From: Pirellulales bacterium
GTDB taxonomy: Bacteria > Planctomycetota > Planctomycetia > Pirellulales > PALSA-1355
Reading direction: 5' to 3'
DNA length: 64,000 bases
NCBI GenBank assembly: GCA_963733035.1
Contig: CAVTBU010000005.1
Span: 2,176,001 to 2,240,000 of the forward strand
Position numbers and translations under genes: made by a program. Positions 20,021-30,719 of this stretch are shown here, one piece after another (the stretch's first letter is position 1; each line of letters begins with the position of its first letter). The notes beneath the pieces are model-generated. The model saw nothing but the letters and a program-made list of their open reading frames with translations. It made no database searches and was not told where the DNA came from.

Positions 20021-20977
20021 GTGATGTCACCCATGTTGTTAGCCGCCGCCGATGCAAACGCCTGGCAGACTTTGCTGCAATACACCCTCATCGGCCTGAC
20101 CAACGGGGCGCTGTTCGCGCTGATTGCGCTCGGCTACACGATGGTCTATGGGATCATCGAGTTGATCAATTTCGCGCACGGCGAAGTCTTCATGCTAGGT
20201 TCCTTCCTGGCGCTGGCCTTGATCGGGGTGCTCGGTCTGGAGGACGCGAGCGCCGTGCATTTCTGGCTCGGCATCGTCGCACTGTTAATCGCGGTGCCAG
20301 CCTTTTGCGGTGGATTGAATATGGCGATCGATCGCATCGTGTATAAGCCGCTTCGCAACGCGCCCAAGCTCGCGCCGCTGGTGTCCGCCATTGGCGTTTC
20401 GTTCGTGCTCATGAACGTTGGCCTGTTGTGGGGCGGAGCCGCCGACAAGCACTTTCCGGACCTGGTGTCACGTCACAACCTGTTCGGCGAGCAGGCCGCG
20501 GTCAGCTTCACCAACAAGGACTTGATGGTGATGGTCGTGACCGTGCCGATCATGATCGCCCTGACCTTGTTCGTCAAAGGCACCAAGCTCGGCAAGGCGA
20601 TGCGAGCCACCGCCCAGGATCCGGTCGCCGCACAGCTAATGGGTATCAATGTCGACCGCGTCATTGGAGTCACCTTCGCTCTCGGTGGAGGGTTGGCCGG
20701 CGCGGCGGCAGTGATCTACGGGCTGTATATCAACACGGTCAGCTACCAGATGGGCTTTACCAACGGCCTGTACGCGTTCACGGCCGCCGTGCTTGGAGGC
20801 ATCGGCAATATTCCCGGCGCGGTGCTGGGCGGACTGGTGATTGGGTTGGCTCGCTCGTTTGGCTCCGGTTACGTGGGTGAACGTTGGACGAGTGCTCTGG
20901 TGTTCGTGATCCTGATTGCGATTCTCGTGTTCCGCCCAGAAGGGCTGCTCGGCACGCGCACGCGGGAGAAGGTATGA
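20021..20977 (+). CDS. livH: Branched-chain amino acid ABC permease
   Basis: LIALGYTMVYGIIELINFAHGE, GKAMRATAQD, AAVLGGIG. Confidence 0.93.
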   Translation: MMSPMLLAAADANAWQTLLQYTLIGLTNGALFALIALGYTMVYGIIELINFAHGEVFMLGSFLALALIGVLGLEDASAVHFWLGIVALLIAVPAFCGGLNMAIDRIVYKPLRNAPKLAPLVSAIGVSFVLMNVGLLWGGAADKHFPDLVSRHNLFGEQAAVSFTNKDLMVMVVTVPIMIALTLFVKGTKLGKAMRATAQDPVAAQLMGINVDRVIGVTFALGGGLAGAAAVIYGLYINTVSYQMGFTNGLYAFTAAVLGGIGNIPGAVLGGLVIGLARSFGSGYVGERWTSALVFVILIAILVFRPEGLLGTRTREKV

Positions 20978-22089
20978 CGCGTCCCAAACGCCACCTGCCA
21001 AAATGGATTGAGAGCGGGCGGGTGTGGCCAGTGTATCTGGCTGTGCTGTTCATCTACCCGCTATTGGTCTATCCCGACCAGGTGCTCTTTCGCTGGACGC
21101 AGATCTCCATCGGGATGCAACTCACCTATATCTTCATCTATGCCATTTTGGCCCTCGGTCTGAACGTCGTCGTTGGCTATACGGGCATCTTGCATTTAGG
21201 GATTGCCGCCTTCTTCGGCATCGGGGCGTACATCACGGGCATCCTGGCCGTCCCAGCATATCCTTTTGGATTTGGATTCTTGGCGACTCTCGTGTGTGCC
21301 ACGGCCGGCGCGGCACTCACGGGCATTCTACTCGGAGCCCCGACGCTACGGCTGCGGGGTGATTACGTGGCCATTGTCACCTTGGGCTTTGGCGAGGTGA
21401 CCCGTTTCACACTCCGCAACCTCGAGGAGATCACCGCCGGCACGCGCGGTTTGAATCCGGTGCCACCGCCACATCTGCCGGCCTTCTTGCATCGCCCCCT
21501 GGGCTGGCTGGGAATCCAACCGGATTGGAGTCTCGACTATCGGCTGTTCTATTACCTGGCGCTGGGCATTTTACTACTCGTCGTGTTGTTGCTGCGAAAC
21601 CTCGAACGGTCCCGCCTAGGCCGCGCCTGGATCGCGATTCGCGAAGACGAATTGGCCGCCACTTGCATGGGCATTAATGCCGCCCGGGTCAAGCTCTCCG
21701 CTTTTGCCCTGGGCTGTGGTCTGGCCGGCATGGCTGGTTGTCTGTATGCCACCGCGCTAACCAGTACGGCCGGACCCGATGCCTTCGATTTCAATCGTTC
21801 CGTGATCATGCTCTGCTGCGTGATCCTCGGCGGACTGGGAAGTATTCGCGGCACGCTGCTGGGCGTGTTCCTGCTGGTCGGATTCGACAATGTCGTTGCG
21901 CCGGCACTTGACGGGATGCTGCAGCGAGCGAACATCAACCCCGGCGGCAGCGCGCTGCTGACCTTCAGCAATTGGAAGCTGATGATCTTCGGCTTGGCAC
22001 TGATCCTGATGATGCGTTTCCGACCCGAGGGCCTGCTGCCCTCGCAGGAGATTGAAGCGGAGTTGCACGCGGCGGGAGGTGCCCGGTGA
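20974..22089 (+). CDS. livM: Branched-chain amino acid ABC permease
   Basis: LGLNVVVGYTG, LRLRGDYVAIVTLGFGE, GRAWIAIREDE; ATGA overlap with livH. Confidence 0.93.
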   Translation: MTRPKRHLPKWIESGRVWPVYLAVLFIYPLLVYPDQVLFRWTQISIGMQLTYIFIYAILALGLNVVVGYTGILHLGIAAFFGIGAYITGILAVPAYPFGFGFLATLVCATAGAALTGILLGAPTLRLRGDYVAIVTLGFGEVTRFTLRNLEEITAGTRGLNPVPPPHLPAFLHRPLGWLGIQPDWSLDYRLFYYLALGILLLVVLLLRNLERSRLGRAWIAIREDELAATCMGINAARVKLSAFALGCGLAGMAGCLYATALTSTAGPDAFDFNRSVIMLCCVILGGLGSIRGTLLGVFLLVGFDNVVAPALDGMLQRANINPGGSALLTFSNWKLMIFGLALILMMRFRPEGLLPSQEIEAELHAAGGAR

Positions 22090-23417
22090 GCCTGCTGGAA
22101 CTGGAAAAATTGACCGTGCGGTTCGGTGGTTTGACGGCCGTCGAAAACGTCGAGACGCGCGTCGAGCAGGGCCGCATCTTTTCGATCATCGGACCCAACG
22201 GCGCCGGTAAGACCACCGTCTTCAACGTCATCACCGGCATCTACGATCCAACGTCCGGGCACGTCAAGTTTCGCGGGCGTGAACTGATGCGACTCTTCAC
22301 CTGGAGAGTCGGCCTGGCCGCAATGCTGGTCGGTCTGGTGACCGGACTCGTAGCAGCGCTCCTGGCGCTGAACGTTGACGCGCTGTGGCGGGCCACGATC
22401 AAACGCAACTACGCGGGACCCGGAGCAACCTTTTCCTATCGCGCGGCCTGGGACGACGCCGGGAACTACCTCGACGGCAAGTTGGCCCTCGAACCGATTC
22501 GCGGCGGTCGCTGGGCGGTACGCACCGCCGATGGCCGGCGTACGTTGGGATTTGCCAAAACCCGTAAAGCCGCGGAACAATCGCGCGAGCAATTCAACAA
22601 GCTGATTGATGCCGGCCGTCGCTATAACAATGGTACGAGCGATCCAATTCGCCAGCAGAATGACCATTGGGTGATCACCAGCGACGGCCTAGCGCTGGCC
22701 ACATTCAACTCCGAGTCGGACGCTCGCTCGCTGCTCGACAAGTACGCCAACCTCGCGCACGATCCGGTTTCGCGCAAGCGCGATAGCCTGCTTGCTCTCT
22801 TCGGAGGCATCGTGCTCGGCACCGCCGGCACACTCGCCGTTTGGAGCCGGGCTCGCCGCTCACCCGAAGTGATCGCCCGGGCCGGGATCGCCCGTACGTT
22901 TCAAAACATTCGGCTGTTCCAGAACATGACCGTGCTCGACAACGTGCTGACGGCGATGGACCGCCGCATCCGTGGTGGCGTCATTCGCATGGCTCTGCGA
23001 ACGCCTGGAATTCGTCGCCATGAGCGTGAAGCCCGCGAGCAGGCCCAGGAGTTGCTCAATTTCGTCGGCTTGGCCGACCAACAGCACATGCTTGCCAAGA
23101 ATCTGCCCTATGGCGACCAGCGACGACTGGAGATCGCCCGCGCGCTGGCCACACGGCCTGATCTCGTGCTGCTCGACGAACCGGCCGCCGGCATGAACCC
23201 GGCCGAATCGCTTGAGTTGAACGGTCTCATCCAGGAAATCCGTGCCCGCGGGCCGACCGTAATGCTGATCGAACATCACATGAACGTGGTGATGGGGATT
23301 TCCGATCGGATTGCCGTGCTGGAATATGGCCGCAAGATTGCCGAGGGAACGCCGGACGAGATTCGCAACGACCCAAAGGTCATCGCCGCGTATCTTGGCG
23401 ACGAAGAGGTGACTTGA
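22086..23417 (+). CDS. livG: Branched-chain amino acid ABC ATPase with ~190-aa membrane-spanning insertion
   Basis: Walker A GPNGAGKT, RTFQN Q-loop, LPYGDQRRLE, LLDEPAAG, IEHH. Confidence 0.9.
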   Translation: MSLLELEKLTVRFGGLTAVENVETRVEQGRIFSIIGPNGAGKTTVFNVITGIYDPTSGHVKFRGRELMRLFTWRVGLAAMLVGLVTGLVAALLALNVDALWRATIKRNYAGPGATFSYRAAWDDAGNYLDGKLALEPIRGGRWAVRTADGRRTLGFAKTRKAAEQSREQFNKLIDAGRRYNNGTSDPIRQQNDHWVITSDGLALATFNSESDARSLLDKYANLAHDPVSRKRDSLLALFGGIVLGTAGTLAVWSRARRSPEVIARAGIARTFQNIRLFQNMTVLDNVLTAMDRRIRGGVIRMALRTPGIRRHEREAREQAQELLNFVGLADQQHMLAKNLPYGDQRRLEIARALATRPDLVLLDEPAAGMNPAESLELNGLIQEIRARGPTVMLIEHHMNVVMGISDRIAVLEYGRKIAEGTPDEIRNDPKVIAAYLGDEEVT

Positions 23418-24130
23418 TGCCGCCGCTGTTGGCCGTTGAAAACTTGCGGGCGGGCTACGGCCCGATTGAAGTCCTCAAGGGCCTGTCGCTCGAAGTGCGG
23501 CCGGGCGAAATCGTGGCACTCATCGGCGCCAACGGTGCCGGCAAGACGTCCACGCTGATGAGTATCTCGGGCTGTGTGAGGCCGCGTTCCGGGCGGATTC
23601 GCCTCGCTGGTCGAGAGATCCACACCTTGGCGCCTCACGAGATCGTACGGCTGGGTGTCTGCCATTCGCCCGAAGGTCGCAAAATATTTCCCCGACTGAC
23701 GGTGCTCGAAAACCTGCAGATGGGCGCGTTCGCCAGTCGCAACAAGCCGCAAATCGAACGCGACCTGGCGCGTGCCTTCGAATTGTTTCCGATTCTCAAA
23801 CAGCGACGATCGCAAGCCGGCGGCACGCTCTCCGGTGGCGAACAGCAGATGCTAGCCGTTGCGCGAGCCATGATGGGTGGGCCCAAATTGCTGCTGCTCG
23901 ACGAACCTTCGCTCGGGCTGGCACCTCTCATCGTGCTGAAGATCTTCGAAGTCGTGCGCAAACTGAACGACGACGGGATTTCGATCCTGCTCGTCGAGCA
24001 GGCCGCAAGGATGGCGCTCAAGCTCGCCCATCGAGGATACGTAATGGAAACCGGCGAGATCACGATGAGCGGATCGGCGGCGGAACTGCTGGCCGACCCG
24101 CGGGTACAGGATGCTTATTTGGGTGGGTAG
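23417..24130 (+). CDS. livF: Branched-chain amino acid ABC ATPase
   Basis: GANGAGKT, SPEGRKIF, LSGGEQQML, LLDEPSLGLAP. Confidence 0.95.
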   Translation: MPPLLAVENLRAGYGPIEVLKGLSLEVRPGEIVALIGANGAGKTSTLMSISGCVRPRSGRIRLAGREIHTLAPHEIVRLGVCHSPEGRKIFPRLTVLENLQMGAFASRNKPQIERDLARAFELFPILKQRRSQAGGTLSGGEQQMLAVARAMMGGPKLLLLDEPSLGLAPLIVLKIFEVVRKLNDDGISILLVEQAARMALKLAHRGYVMETGEITMSGSAAELLADPRVQDAYLGG

Positions 24131-24291
24131 TGTAAACGAATGACCGCGAATCGCTCCACCGTTTTCCAAGTCGCTCGATGTGCGTGCGTGGCAGTGAAAG
24201 CCACCATTCCTCTTGTTCCCCGCGCTCGCCACGAATAGACTTCGGGCGTCGGAAACGCATTCGAGTAAATCGTTTGGCAGAGGGATGTCGC

Positions 24292-24850
24292 GTGGTTCAG
24301 CACGAACAACTTTGGGCCCCTTGGCGGCTGGCGTACGTCAGTGGTGAAGCCGCGGCCGAGGCGGCGAAACAGCACGCGGCCGAACTAAAACTGCTTCCAG
24401 GCGCCGATCCCGAGTGCTTCATTTGCCGCGCCGTGGCTGATCGCGATGACCGCGGCAACCTGGTCGTCGCTCGAACCGAACTCTCAATCGTGATCCTCAA
24501 TCGCTTTCCTTACAACAATGGCCACTTGCTCGTCGCGCCGCGCGTGCACAAGGGGCGCCCAGACGAGCTGAACGATTGCTGAACTGCTCGACATGCAGCA
24601 GCTTATCGTCAAGTACATGGAACTCTACGAGCGAATGATGGCTGCCCAGGGCTTCAATGTCGGCCTGAACCTGGGCAAGGTCGCGGGGGCCGGTCTGCCG
24701 GGCCACTTGCACTGGCACGTGGTGCCTCGCTGGCACGGTGATACGAACTTCATGCCGGCCCTGGCGGGCGTACGGGTCATTCCGCAAGCGCTCGATGCGC
24801 TGTGGGAAATGCTGCAGCCTGACGAATTGCCCCCCGAGGAAGAGTTCTAG
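24292..24850 (+). CDS. HIT-family hydrolase, split by an apparent 1-nt insertion near 24577
   Basis: LWAPWR, CFIC, NRFPYNNGH in the first frame; HLHWHVVPRW in the second; removing one T gives ELNDAELLDMQ. Confidence 0.88.
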
Positions 24851-24853
24851 CGG

Positions 24854-25996
24854 ATGGGCGCCAAACGCACCGACGATTCGCCTGTCTTGCCGCTACGGTT
24901 GATTGCCGATCGTGAGCGGGTGCTACTGGCACCATACGCGATGCACAGCGCCCAATCGGCAGGCCGCGAACATCCCGAGCCGGAGCATCCCTATCGTGGA
25001 CCTTTCCAGCGAGACCGCGACCGCATCGTTCACAGCGCCGCTTATCGCCGGCTTAGCGACAAGACCCAGGTCTTTACTGGCGAGCTAGGCGACTATCATC
25101 GTACGCGGCTGACGCACACGATCGAAGTTGCGTCGGTCGCCCGCACGGTTGGCCGCGCGCTGGCGCTGAACGAAGACTTGATCGAAGCTCTGGCGCTACT
25201 GCACGACATCGGCCACCCGCCGTTCGGACACGCTGGCGAAGACACGCTCGACAAACTTCTCCGCGACGAAGGTGGCTTCAGCCACAATGCACAGGCGCTG
25301 AGGATCGTACGCCAATTGGAGACGCGATACTACGAATTCCCGGGCTTGAATCTCTCTCGCGAGGTGCTCGAAGGACAAAGCACGCGGATCAAGCACGAAA
25401 GTGGTCCCCAGTCTCCGCTATTGGAAGTGCAAGTAGTCGAAGCGGCGGACAGCATCACCTACGACACGCACGATGCCGACGACGCACTGGAGCTCGAGTT
25501 GCTTTCGCTTGACGATCTGCTCCAGCAGCCGCTGTGGGCCGCCGCCGCAAAACGGGTGCGGCAGCGGGCAGCTGGCATCACGGGCAACGAACTTCGTCGA
25601 GCGGTGCTTCACGAACTGATCGATTGGCAAGTGTCCGACCTCTTAGAGCGCGCCTCCGGTAGTTTGTCGGATGGTCGACTCGATAGCCCTCAGGCCGTAC
25701 GCGGCAGCGAGATTGTGATCATTTCCAGTCCGGAATTAGCCGCCCAGAAGCGCGATCTGGAACAGTTTCTCCGCGAGCGGGTCTATCGTCATCCGAACGT
25801 GCTGGCCCATCGCCAGGCGGCGCAGGCGGTACTTGAGGAAATGTTTACCGGTTATGTGGCTCATCCGGAGAATATGCCCGTCCGCTTTCAGCGCCGAGCC
25901 GAACAAGCTGGCCTGAGGCGGACGGTAGGCGACTACGTGGCCGGCATGACCGATCGCTACGCGCGGCGCGAATACGATCGGCTGTTTCGCCGCTGA
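24854..25996 (+). CDS. dgt: dGTP triphosphohydrolase (HD family)
   Basis: FQRDRDRI, KTQVF, RTRLTH, HDIGHPPFGHAGE, DYVAGMTD. Confidence 0.93.
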   Translation: MGAKRTDDSPVLPLRLIADRERVLLAPYAMHSAQSAGREHPEPEHPYRGPFQRDRDRIVHSAAYRRLSDKTQVFTGELGDYHRTRLTHTIEVASVARTVGRALALNEDLIEALALLHDIGHPPFGHAGEDTLDKLLRDEGGFSHNAQALRIVRQLETRYYEFPGLNLSREVLEGQSTRIKHESGPQSPLLEVQVVEAADSITYDTHDADDALELELLSLDDLLQQPLWAAAAKRVRQRAAGITGNELRRAVLHELIDWQVSDLLERASGSLSDGRLDSPQAVRGSEIVIISSPELAAQKRDLEQFLRERVYRHPNVLAHRQAAQAVLEEMFTGYVAHPENMPVRFQRRAEQAGLRRTVGDYVAGMTDRYARREYDRLFRR

Positions 25997-26092
25997 AAAT
26001 CAGGCGGTTGGCAAGCGGCGCGTCCGAGACCTACAATAAAGGTACGCGTCGCCCCCATTGCCCCATCACATCGCTGAAAGTGCCGGCCACGT

Positions 26093-27139
26093 ATGGGCCT
26101 GATCATCCTGCGAGTCTTATTTGTATTGGTGGCCGCCGGTGTAGGCGTGCAACTCATCAATGCCGACGTTTTGGCGTCCGATCCGGCATATATACCTTGG
26201 CTTGTGTTCGGCGGGGTGATGATGCTGGCCGCGGGCGTGATCGCGCTTGATTCGTTCGTGCGCCAAAAGCGCATCGATACCATCTCGGCCGTCTACCTGG
26301 GTCTGATCGTGGGCTTGTTCTTGACCTACGTGTTGCGGTTGGCCCTGAGTCCCATGCTGTCGGCGAAGAGTCCGGTCGTGCCGTATATCGAATTGTTCCT
26401 GGGATCCGTGCTCTGTTACACCTGTATCAGCCTGTTGCTGCAAACCAAAGACGATTTTCGATTCATTATTCCCTATGTCGAATTCGTCAAGGAAATCAAG
26501 GGCCTCAAGCCCTACGTCCTGGATACCAGCGTCGTCATCGACGGCCGCATTGCCGACGTCGTTGAAACCAAGGTGCTGGACAACCAGTTGATCATGCCCC
26601 GCTTCGTCATTTCCGAGTTGCAGAACATCGCCGACAGTTCGGACAAGCTGCGCCGCAGTCGCGGCCGGCGGGGGCTCGATATTCTTAACCGGCTCAGCAA
26701 TGCCAGTGACGTCGACTTCAAAATCTACGACCGCGAGCTGCCCGAGTTCACTGGCCAGCCAGTCGATCTGAAACTCGTGCTACTGGCCAAGTACTTGCAA
26801 GGGAAAGTGGTCACCAACGACTACAATCTCAACAAGGTGGCTCGTTTGCACGGCGTGGGTGTGATCAATCTCAATGACCTGGCCAATGCGCTCAAGCCGA
26901 TCGTACTACCCGGCGAGGGCCTGGAAGTGCGAATCGTCAAGCAGGGCGAAGAGGCCGGACAGGGAGTTGGGTATTTGGACGACGGCACGATGATCGTCGT
27001 CGAGGGGGGACGCGACCACATCAACCAAACGGTCAAAATCGCCGTCACCAGCGTGCTACAAACCAGTGCCGGCCGTATGATCTTTGGGCGCTACGATCAG
27101 GTCATCAAGCCCCAACCAGTCGGGCAATCACACGACTAG
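26093..27139 (+). CDS. Membrane PIN/TRAM domain protein (YacL family)
   Basis: Four TM segments, LDTSVVIDGRI, TNDYNLNK, QGVGYLDDGTM, LQTSAGRMIF. Confidence 0.93.
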   Translation: MGLIILRVLFVLVAAGVGVQLINADVLASDPAYIPWLVFGGVMMLAAGVIALDSFVRQKRIDTISAVYLGLIVGLFLTYVLRLALSPMLSAKSPVVPYIELFLGSVLCYTCISLLLQTKDDFRFIIPYVEFVKEIKGLKPYVLDTSVVIDGRIADVVETKVLDNQLIMPRFVISELQNIADSSDKLRRSRGRRGLDILNRLSNASDVDFKIYDRELPEFTGQPVDLKLVLLAKYLQGKVVTNDYNLNKVARLHGVGVINLNDLANALKPIVLPGEGLEVRIVKQGEEAGQGVGYLDDGTMIVVEGGRDHINQTVKIAVTSVLQTSAGRMIFGRYDQVIKPQPVGQSHD

Positions 27140-27197
27140 CAAACCGTCGCTCAGCCCTCACGCGGCAATCGCATCGCGGCTTGCGCAAAACGGCCGA

Positions 27198-29165
27198 TTA
27201 CATCTTGTCGACGACTTGTATGCCCAGCAGTTCCAACCCCTGCTTGAGTGTGCGGGCGGTGAGATCGCACAGCAGCAGCCGACTCGTCTTCGTTGTCTCG
27301 TCGGGAGTCTTGAGCACGGGACACTGCTCGAAAAAGGTCGAGTAGCGATTGGCAACCTCGAACAGATACGCCGTAAGCAAATTCGGGCGATACTCCGTGG
27401 CCGTCACTTCCAAGGCCTCGGAGAATTGCAGCAAGCCCATCACCAGGGCCCGTTCGGCCGGATGTGACATGGCAATCTTGGCATCGCTTCGCCGAACTGC
27501 CTCGATATCGATCTTGCCGCGTGCAAAAATCGACAGCACGCGCGCATAAGCGTACTGCAAATACGTGGCCGTGTTGCCGTTCATGGCCAACATCCGATCG
27601 TAGCTAAACGTGTAGTCGCTGGTGCGGTTGACCGCCAGATCCGCATGCTTTAGCGCGCCGATGCCGACGACCTCGGCGACCTCGGCCCGTCGCTGTGGCG
27701 AGATCTCCGGTCCTGAGGGTTTCGCGTCGTCGTTGGCGCTCACAACGTCCCGCGCCTTGCGCACTGCTTCATCGAGCAGACCTTCAAGCCCCACCGTGTC
27801 GCCCGAGCGAGTTTTGAACGGCCGGCCGTCTTCGCCGAGCACGGTGCCAAAACTAACATGCACAAGTTCCAGGTTGGTATAGCCCCATAGCCGGGCCGCG
27901 CCGAACAGCTGTTCGAAGTGCAGGCTCTGGCGATGGTCAACGACGTACAAGATCGCATCCGGATTCCAACGCTCAGCGCGATACTGGATCGTGGCCAGAT
28001 CCGTCGTGCCGTAGAGGAACGCCCCATCCTGTTTGCGAATCACCAGCGGCGCTGTCTGCTCCGGCAGGAAGATGCAAATCGCACCGTCACTTTCCTTGGC
28101 GATGCCCCGCCGAGTGAGATCGTCCACTACGCCAGGAAGCCGATCGTGATAAAAGCTCTCGCCCAGTGTTTCGTCAAACGTGACGTGCAACCGGCGATAG
28201 ATCCGCTCAATATCGGCCAGGCACGGCGGTAGAAACTCGCGCCATAGCCGTAAATTCTCCGCGTCGCCGTGATGCAGCTTGGCCGTTTCAGCCAGCACGG
28301 CCCGGTCAATCTCCACATGCGCGGCGACCCGTTTCGACAGCTCTGGATCGCTTTCGACTAGCGCGATTCCCCGCTCGCGGTCGGCGAGCGTCCGTTCGAG
28401 TTCCTTCAGGTTGTTTTCGGCGCGGCGCAGCGATTTGGCGGCACTTTTGTCTTTCGCGTTCTCGACGACGTCGGCCGATTGCCGGGCAATCTCGGTCCGC
28501 AACGTGTCGATCTGTTTCCGCAAAGCTGGCAGCGACTGTTTGGCCTCCTGATGAGAGACCAGTTGGTTGACCAGCCGGTACAACCGGCCCAGTTCGGTTA
28601 CCGCCTCGGCACGATAGGCTTTCTCGTCGAGAAAGTGTTTGTAGCCGTAGATGATCATGCCGAACTGGGTGCCCCAGTCGCCAATGTGGTTGTCGGAAAC
28701 GACCTTGTGCCCCAGGAAGCTGAGCGTCCGCTTGAGCGAATCGCCGATTACCGTCGAACGAATATGGCCCACATGCATCGGCTTGGCCACGTTCGGCGAG
28801 GAATAATCGATGATGTATGTCCGCGGCGCGACGGCCGGCGCGATTTCCAAGCGATCGCTCTTGAGCGCCCGAGCAGCGGTGTCGACCAGCCACGCGTCAC
28901 TAATTCGCAGATTAATGAAGCCAGGGCCGGCAACTTCCGGTCGTTCGCAGAGGTCATCGACCTGAAGCTTGGCCACCACGTCGGTGGCAATGTCGCGCGG
29001 TGGTCGGCCCAAGCGCTTACCGAGCGGCATCGCAAAGTTGGCCTGGTAGTCGCCGAACTTCGGATCGCCACTGGGGCGGATCATCGCCAGCAGTTCGGCC
29101 GGGTCGTCGACCAAATCGACCAGCGCGGCCCGAAACCGAGTTTGCAATTCCGCCAGAATGTTCAT
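27198..29165 (-). CDS. argS: Arginine--tRNA ligase
   Basis: FGDYQ, SSPNVAKPMHVGHIRS, GDWGTQFG, FKTRSG, YLQYAYAR. Confidence 0.97.
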   Translation of the reverse strand: MNILAELQTRFRAALVDLVDDPAELLAMIRPSGDPKFGDYQANFAMPLGKRLGRPPRDIATDVVAKLQVDDLCERPEVAGPGFINLRISDAWLVDTAARALKSDRLEIAPAVAPRTYIIDYSSPNVAKPMHVGHIRSTVIGDSLKRTLSFLGHKVVSDNHIGDWGTQFGMIIYGYKHFLDEKAYRAEAVTELGRLYRLVNQLVSHQEAKQSLPALRKQIDTLRTEIARQSADVVENAKDKSAAKSLRRAENNLKELERTLADRERGIALVESDPELSKRVAAHVEIDRAVLAETAKLHHGDAENLRLWREFLPPCLADIERIYRRLHVTFDETLGESFYHDRLPGVVDDLTRRGIAKESDGAICIFLPEQTAPLVIRKQDGAFLYGTTDLATIQYRAERWNPDAILYVVDHRQSLHFEQLFGAARLWGYTNLELVHVSFGTVLGEDGRPFKTRSGDTVGLEGLLDEAVRKARDVVSANDDAKPSGPEISPQRRAEVAEVVGIGALKHADLAVNRTSDYTFSYDRMLAMNGNTATYLQYAYARVLSIFARGKIDIEAVRRSDAKIAMSHPAERALVMGLLQFSEALEVTATEYRPNLLTAYLFEVANRYSTFFEQCPVLKTPDETTKTSRLLLCDLTARTLKQGLELLGIQVVDKM

Positions 29166-29336
29166 GAAAGACGAGCCGAAAAGAGACCGTGCGACACCGT
29201 CCGTCTAGGGATGGGTGGCGGGGAATCACTCACAATTAGCGGCATCAGTTTGCCACCTTGTGCAAGTGCCTCGCAACCCCAAACCCGCTATCTCGCTCAA
29301 GAGGAGCAAGTGGGAAATGTCAACGGCGCGGGATCT

Positions 29337-29779
29337 CTACTCCTGAGATGCGGCGGCGTCCGTCGGGCTCACTCCCGTGCGCGTCTCGGTGGACGACTCG
29401 AACGGTACGCGCTTGCGCCGGCCCAGAGGTTTTCCAGGTCGTAATACTGGCGCGTTTCTTCGTCAAACAAATGCACGACGACGTCGCCAAAGTCGAGCAG
29501 GATCCACCGGCTCTCCTCGTAGCCCTCCCGGCCTAGCCGCTTGTCGCCAAATTCGTGGCGCAGCACCTGATCGATTTCCTCAGCGATCGCATGCAGTTGT
29601 CGGCGACTACTGCCGGTGGCCAGCACGAAATAGTCGAAGACGGGCGTCAGCTCCCGCAGGTCGATGATCGTGATGTCGCGCCCCCGATTCATATCGGCGA
29701 CCCGGGCAGCGGCCTGGGCGCGTTCCAAACTACGGCTGTGTTGATGGCCCAGTTTTGTGGCGGGACTAGCGATGGCCAA
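29337..29779 (-). CDS. rsfS: Ribosome silencing factor; apparent 1-nt deletion near 29415 alters the C-terminus (as-read stop at 29369)
   Basis: DYFVLATG, WILLDFGDVVVHLF, YYDLENLW; restoring the frame gives WAGAKRVPFE. Confidence 0.92.
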
Positions 29780-30098
29780 TCGTTCCTGTTTCCTGGTGCT
29801 ATCGGGATGCGGAGCCGGTCGTACCGACCACGGATGGTGACACCTCCATTTTAACCACCCAGACGGCGAAAGCGAAGAGCCTGGAGCCTCTGACGAAGAG
29901 CAACCAGTTCCACGGCGCAGCGACGGAAAGCCGACCTGGGAGGCCCCTCGCGGGCGCTTTTGGGATGGGTATCCGTCGAAATCCGGCAATTCGTCTTTTG
30001 TGTTCGCGTTTGAGCCCTTGCCGGTGGCTATCGGCTCGATATGGTAACGGGACAGTTCCGCGTGCGTTTCGGTTCGTTTTTCTAGGAGACCGTTGGCC

Positions 30099-30572
30099 AT
30101 GGGTGATTGGGTTGAACCGGGCAAGAAGGCCCCCGATTTCACGCTGCCGAGCGACGATGGCGGCAAGGTCAAGCTTTCGAGCCTCCGCGGCCAGCCCGTC
30201 GTGCTCTATTTCTATCCTCGCGACAACACTCCCGGTTGCACGCGCGAGGCCTGCGCCTTTCGCGACCAGAAGAGCTCGCTAACCAGGCTCGGTGCCAAGG
30301 TGCTGGGAGTAAGCACCGACACGGTGGAAAGTCACGGTAAGTTTCGCGACAAGTTCAAGCTGAACTTTCCGCTATTGGCCGACGTGGAGCACAAAGTGGC
30401 CGAGAAGTACGGTGCCTGGCGCGAGAAGAATATGTATGGCAAGAAGTCGATGGGGATTCAGCGTTCGACATTCCTGATCGACGCCGAAGGCAAAGTGGCC
30501 AAAGTCTGGAAAAAGGTCAGCGTCGACGGCCACGATACCGAAGTGATCGCGACGCTCAAAGAGTTGAAATAG
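30099..30572 (+). CDS. bcp: Thioredoxin-dependent peroxiredoxin (BCP/PrxQ)
   Basis: YFYPRDNTPGCTREAC. Confidence 0.95.
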   Translation: MGDWVEPGKKAPDFTLPSDDGGKVKLSSLRGQPVVLYFYPRDNTPGCTREACAFRDQKSSLTRLGAKVLGVSTDTVESHGKFRDKFKLNFPLLADVEHKVAEKYGAWREKNMYGKKSMGIQRSTFLIDAEGKVAKVWKKVSVDGHDTEVIATLKELK

Positions 30573-30719
30573 CCGGCCTCGAGGCTCGTCGTTACTGTTT
30601 CCCCTGGCGATGACGTGCCGCACGTCACAACTTGCAACCAATCGTAGAATCGCACGACCGCCTCATAGGATGCGACGAGGCGCTGCTGTTGGCATGATGT
30701 GCCAGCGCGCGATGCGGAA

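Noticed and set aside
24570..24595. Programmed frameshift in the HIT gene
   Set aside because: No slippery sequence or stimulator; fits the window-wide indel pattern.
29780..30092. Possible ncRNA or uORF between rsfS and bcp
   Set aside because: Explained by divergent promoters (TAAAAT on the minus strand at 29848-29853); only short hairpins and no recognisable family.
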